Position numbers and translations under genes: made by a program
The notes under the pieces: model-generated
Told to the model about the DNA's origin: nothing
What the model saw: the letters and a program-made list of their open reading frames with translations, nothing else
Database searches by the model: none
Part shown: piece after piece, positions 57,689 to 64,000 of the stretch
How positions within the stretch are numbered: position 1 is the first letter of the stretch
Layout: each line of letters starts with the position of its first letter
Assembly (NCBI GenBank): GCA_020184695.1
Contig: JAANOX010000099.1
Location: 248,001 to 312,000 of the forward strand
Source: Histomonas meleagridis 2922-C6/04-290x
Lineage: Eukaryota > Protista > Parabasalia
Reading direction: 5' to 3'
DNA: 64,000 nucleotides

Positions 57689-58900
57689 AAAAAATTGTTT
57701 GAATTTTATTTTAATAATTTAATATTTCAAAATAATATTTGGAAATTATTTAAATTATTTCAAACAGCACTTATTTTAGCATCTAGAAATGGTCATACAG
57801 AAATAGTTAAATTACTTCTTGAACAAGAAGGAATTGATATTAATGCTAAAGATATTTATTTGTTTTATTTAAAATTTATTTTAATAATTTTATATTTCAA
57901 AATAATATTCGGAAATTGTTTAAATTATTTCAAACAGCACTTATTTTAGCATCTTCAAAAAGTAATACAGAAATAGTTAAAATACTTCTTGAACAAAAAG
58001 GAATTGATATTAATGCTAAAGATATTTATTTGCTTTATTTTATATTTATTTTAATAATTTTATATTTCAAAATAATATTTGGAAATTATTTAAATTATTT
58101 AGTACAGCACTTATGTTAGCATCTTCGAATGGTTATACAGAAGTAGTTAAATTACTTCTTGAACAAGAAGGAATTGATATTAATGATAAAGATATTTATT
58201 TGCTTTATTTTATATTTATTTTAATAATTTATTATTTCAAAATAATATTTGGAAATTATTTAAATTATTTTATACAGCACTTATGTTAGCATCTTCGAAT
58301 GGTCATACAGAAATAGTTAAATTACTTCTAGAACAAGAGAATATTGATATTGATGCTAAAAATATTTATTTGCTTTATTTAAAATTTATTTTAATAATTT
58401 TATATTTCAAAATAATATTTGGAAATTGTTTAAATTATTTCAAACAGCACTTATGTTAGCATCTTCGAATGGTTATACAGAAGTAGTTAAATTACTTCTT
58501 GAACAAGAAGGAATTGATATTAATGATAAAGATATTTATTTGCTTTATTTTATATTTATTTTAATAATTTATTATTTCAAAATAATATTTGGAAATTATT
58601 TAAATTATTTTATACAGCACTTATGTTAGCATCTTCGAATGGTCATACAGAAATAGTTAAATTACTTCTAGAACAAGAGAATATTGATATTGATGCTAAA
58701 AATATTTTTTTGTTTTATTTATAATATTTTGAAAAAATATGACATTTCATATAAACATTTGGAATTACTTATAAACATATAAAACAGCGCTTATGATAGC
58801 ATCAGAAAAGAAAAATGCAGAAATTATTCGATTATTTGCAGACAAAATTCAACATCATAAATGTGACGACATAATAAAATTAAAAGATTCACAAGGATAA
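57683..58900 (+). repeat. 170-bp tandem array: 90-nt ankyrin block + 80-nt spacer
   Basis: Thr codons at 57764, 57934, 58104, 58274, 58444, 58614 and 58784 give an exact 170-bp period. The first spacer is 81 nt. Terminal TAA at 58898-58900. Confidence 0.95.
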
Positions 58901-59114
58901 AAGAGGAAATATTTAAATATTGAAATAAACATATCCTAAATTCATATTGTTTTCATATATTATTATTAATGCATTAAATTTGATAAATCGAATATTTTAT
59001 ATCATATTTCATTGTATGATTTTCATATAATTTGATGATAATTTTTGTGAAAAAAATGATGAAAAATTCATAACAACATTAATTATTATTCATAGAATTA
59101 TTTATTCTTAAAGT

Positions 59115-61035
<1,921 letters not shown>

Positions 61036-61476
61036 TTACTTCCATAAGAACGACCGTTAGTTTAAGCAAAATTTATAAATGATATAATCGAATGATCAAA
61101 GTCGCAAATTATGACATTCCAATTATATTTTGGTCAATTAAAAGATTTCTTTAAGTTAAAATTGTTTGCTTATTTTGTTTTTGTGCAAGCCTAATATGGA
61201 ATTATATTTTATAGACCTATAAAAAGACTGTTTTCGATAATTTTCTGCAATAAAAGAACGGAGTTCAACTAATTTAAAATGATAAAAAAATATGTGAATT
61301 TTATGAAACTTTCGTTCCCCTTAAATCAAACATACATTACAAGCATTTTGACAATCAGCTTTTTCATATAAAAGAAGAACGATATTGATCGTTGCACACA
61401 AATTTGAGAGCATAAATATTGAAAATAACCGTTAACCATTGCGAACAGTCCGTAAATTGAAGTGACAGATTTAACT

Positions 61477-61481
61477 TCACT
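61477..61481 (+). promoter_or_regulatory. Initiator (Inr) TCACT upstream of actin
   Basis: Matches the trichomonad TCA(+1)Y(T/A) Inr consensus, 9 nt before the ATG. Confidence 0.6.
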
Positions 61482-61489
61482 TTCATCTA

Positions 61490-62618
61490 ATGGCTGAAGA
61501 CGAAGTTCAAACATTAGTTATCGATAATGGTTCCGGTATGTGCAAGGCTGGTTTCGCTGGTGATGAAGCACCACGCTCAGTTTTCCCATCCATTGTTGGT
61601 CGTCCAAAGTATGTCCAAACAATCGCCGGTGGTCAAAACAAGGATACATATGTTGGTGATGAAGCATGCGCTAAGGCAGGTATCCTCATCCTTAAGTACC
61701 CAATTGAACACGGTATCGTTACCAACTGGGACGAGGGAAAAGATCTGGCACCACACATTCTACAACGAATTACGTGTTGACCCAGCTGAACATCCAGTTC
61801 TTCTTACAGAAGCCCCAATGAACCCAAAGGCCAACCGTGAAAAGATGATCCAACTCCAATTCGAAACATTCAACGTTCCAGCATTCTATGTTGGTATCCA
61901 AGCCGTTCTTTCCCTTTACTCCTCAGGTCGTACAACCGGTATCGTTTTTGATGCTGGTGATGGTGTTTCCCACACAGTTCCAATCTACGAAGGCTACTCC
62001 CTTCCACACGCCATCATGCGTATCAACCTCGCCGGTCGTGATCTCACAGCCTACCTCCAAAAGATCCTCAACGAACGTGGTTACACCTTCACAACATCCG
62101 CCGAAAAGGAAATTGTTCGTGATATCAAGGAGAAGCACGCATATGTTGCTCTTGATTTCGACGAAGAAATGAACAAGGCCGCCACAACATCCGAATGCGA
62201 CATCTCATACACACTTCCAGATGGCAACGTCATCACCATCGCCAACGAGCGCTTCAGGTGCCCAGAACTTCTTTTCAAGCCACACTTCAATGGCTTCGAA
62301 TTCGAAGGTATTGACCAAACCCTCTTCAACTCCATCATGGCATGCGATATCGATGTCCGTAAGGATCTCTACGCTAACATTGTTCTCTCTGGTGGTACCA
62401 CAATGTTCGAAGGTCTTCCAGAGCGTATGGAGAAGGAAATGGTCCGCCTCGCACCACCAACAATGAAGATCAAAGTCGTCGCCCCACCAGAACGTAAGTA
62501 CGCAGTTTGGATCGGTGGCTCCATCCTCGCATCACTCGCTACATTCCCACAAATGGTTATCACACGTGACGAATACAACGAAGCTGGTCCAGGAATTGTT
62601 CACCGCAAGTGCTTCTAA
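61490..62618 (+). CDS. ACT: Actin, with one 2-nt frameshift near 61735
   Basis: [25 protein letters not shown]...[17 protein letters not shown] is garbled to gacgagggaaaag. Strong codon bias. Confidence 0.97.
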
Positions 62619-63244
62619 ACAGTTTAATGGGATTAATTTTACCTTTTCATATGGTTTTATTCCAAAAAGTCTGAAATAGTTTGTTTTTAATTTTTCTCTG
62701 CTTCCATTACTTTGTTTGAAAGTTGTTACCAATGAATGATTCGAAATCTATAAAATGTGAAATGTTTGTTTCTTTGCCTAGTCGCCAACGGTGAGGCGTT
62801 TGCCATTGGACACTTCATCAACCATACTGCATAATCTGCATTTGAGAATTTGCTTTCCCTTTTTTGATTGAATATTGTTCCTGCACCAACAACAACACAC
62901 AGCCTTGGTGCTTCAATGATGTCCTTTGTAAGCATACAATGAAACCAGTGGCACTAATAACAACAACTTTCATGAAAATGAAATGCAAAATTTGACAAAT
63001 GAAAAAAGTTCAGGTTAAAGGATAGCCTTTGATGTTGATTCGTTTGAATGATTTATAATCGAAAATAAACTCAATAAATGTTTAAAAATTGTTAACTGTG
63101 TTATAGAAAGCAAATTTCAATTTTTTATATTTCACAATAAAATGTTTGAAACCTAACACATAGTTCACAACTTGAATGAATCTGAACATATAATACATTA
63201 AAAAAAAATATTCATAATGACATTTATTTCATTACATACATTGA

Positions 63245-64000
63245 TCAAATCGGCTTTATGTTCCTATCAAAAGCCTTAGCGCCCTCAAATATTTCTGTCC
63301 AGTTCGCCTTGAACTGATTTGCTTTTTTAGCTTTCCTCACTTTCAATGTTTCGTTTACCTTATTAAATGTCTGCGAGTCGAGCTCTGACAATCCCTGCAA
63401 TGTCACAAATGCGTTTGTCCTTATGCACTCATCCCAATGATTCTTTGCACTTTTATAAACATATTTCACAATTATTGGGTATAGAGTTGATGCATGAGTT
63501 TTCAGTAAAAATGATACCTTAGGGTTCATCAAAATATTAATTGCTGTCTCAGCAACATCAGAATTTAAGTTCATTGTCATCTTCGAAATGAGCTTGAAAA
63601 CTGATGTTGCCATCTGAGGCGTCACATTAATCTCAAAGTTCTCAAGAAGTTCCTCAATTTCAGACAAGAAAAGTATTTGCTTTTGACGACAGGACTTGGG
63701 CCAGTGCATCAAAAGATAATTAACGGTTCTGTCAAGCAAAAATCCACTTTTTGTGATGTATCGTAAAATGAGTTGAACGTATTGCGCTTGGAAAGTTGGA
63801 TAATTTTCAAGCGTATGTATGGGAAGTATAGCGTTGTAATAATATGTAATGTGGCTGGGATTTAGTGGAGAATTAAAACCTGTCACAACACTAACAAAAA
63901 ATTCGAGAATCTCAGTGGAGCAATTACCAATTGCAAAATGAGCAGCAACTTTATCACGCACAATTGAACGGAGATTCATGTATTTGGTATATAAAGTATG
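63245..64000 (-). CDS. PP2A regulatory B' (B56) subunit, 5' part beyond the window edge
   Basis: LYTKYMNLRSIVR, EILEFFVSVVTGF..PL, LLMHWPK....KQILFLSEIEE and SKMTMNLNSDVAE motifs. The frame is open to the window end. Confidence 0.85.
   Translation of the reverse strand, partial: HTLYTKYMNLRSIVRDKVAAHFAIGNCSTEILEFFVSVVTGFNSPLNPSHITYYYNAILPIHTLENYPTFQAQYVQLILRYITKSGFLLDRTVNYLLMHWPKSCRQKQILFLSEIEELLENFEINVTPQMATSVFKLISKMTMNLNSDVAETAINILMNPKVSFLLKTHASTLYPIIVKYVYKSAKNHWDECIRTNAFVTLQGLSELDSQTFNKVNETLKVRKAKKANQFKANWTEIFEGAKAFDRNIKPI

Noticed and set aside
57764-58900. Ankyrin spacers as ordinary GT-AG spliceosomal introns, using the ACAG in the Thr-Ala codons as acceptor
   Set aside because: There is no conserved 5' GT and no ACTAAC branch motif. 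The AG disappears in copies reading ACG-CCA, TCA-CCA, ACA-TCA or TGT-CCA while the amino-acid consensus is kept.
57683-58900. CRISPR-like repeat/spacer array
   Set aside because: The repeats are 90-nt protein-coding blocks, the spacers are homologous to each other, the context is eukaryotic and there are no cas genes.
61725-61750. Programmed frameshift in actin
   Set aside because: A local 2-nt loss in an otherwise pristine, codon-biased gene. With the many homopolymer indels in the BspA, LRR, CTL and BEACH genes, a sequencing or assembly error is more likely. Check the raw reads.

Overview
Very AT-rich, intron-poor eukaryotic DNA, most consistent with a parabasalid protist (Tritrichomonas/Trichomonas-like). 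The evidence is a trichomonad-type actin, Inr/M3/M5 promoter motifs, BspA and Pmp surface proteins, and a Maverick ATPase remnant. Housekeeping and signalling genes include CK1, PMT, an AP-2 alpha-like adaptin, an AP sigma subunit, CapZ-beta, MED6, an RPS29 missed by the ORF track, a Rab, a WW-MyTH4-RhoGAP, a BEACH protein, actin and PP2A-B56. Between them lie accessory regions with four classes of decayed DNA transposon (IS481-like, mariner, P-like, Maverick) and gene scraps. The most striking signal is in the ankyrin-repeat genes. Every ankyrin repeat is a stop-free 90-nt coding block, followed at the same codon position by an AT-rich spacer that breaks the frame or contains stops. The spacer is exactly 80 nt in 13 of 18 complete copies despite sequence divergence. 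It has a GG fixed 23 nt before the next repeat (16 of 18) and a hairpin-like core, but no conserved GT-AG or branch-point signals. This suggests an uncharacterised non-canonical intron or recoding system. Many single-base frameshifts at homopolymers elsewhere are probably sequencing errors.
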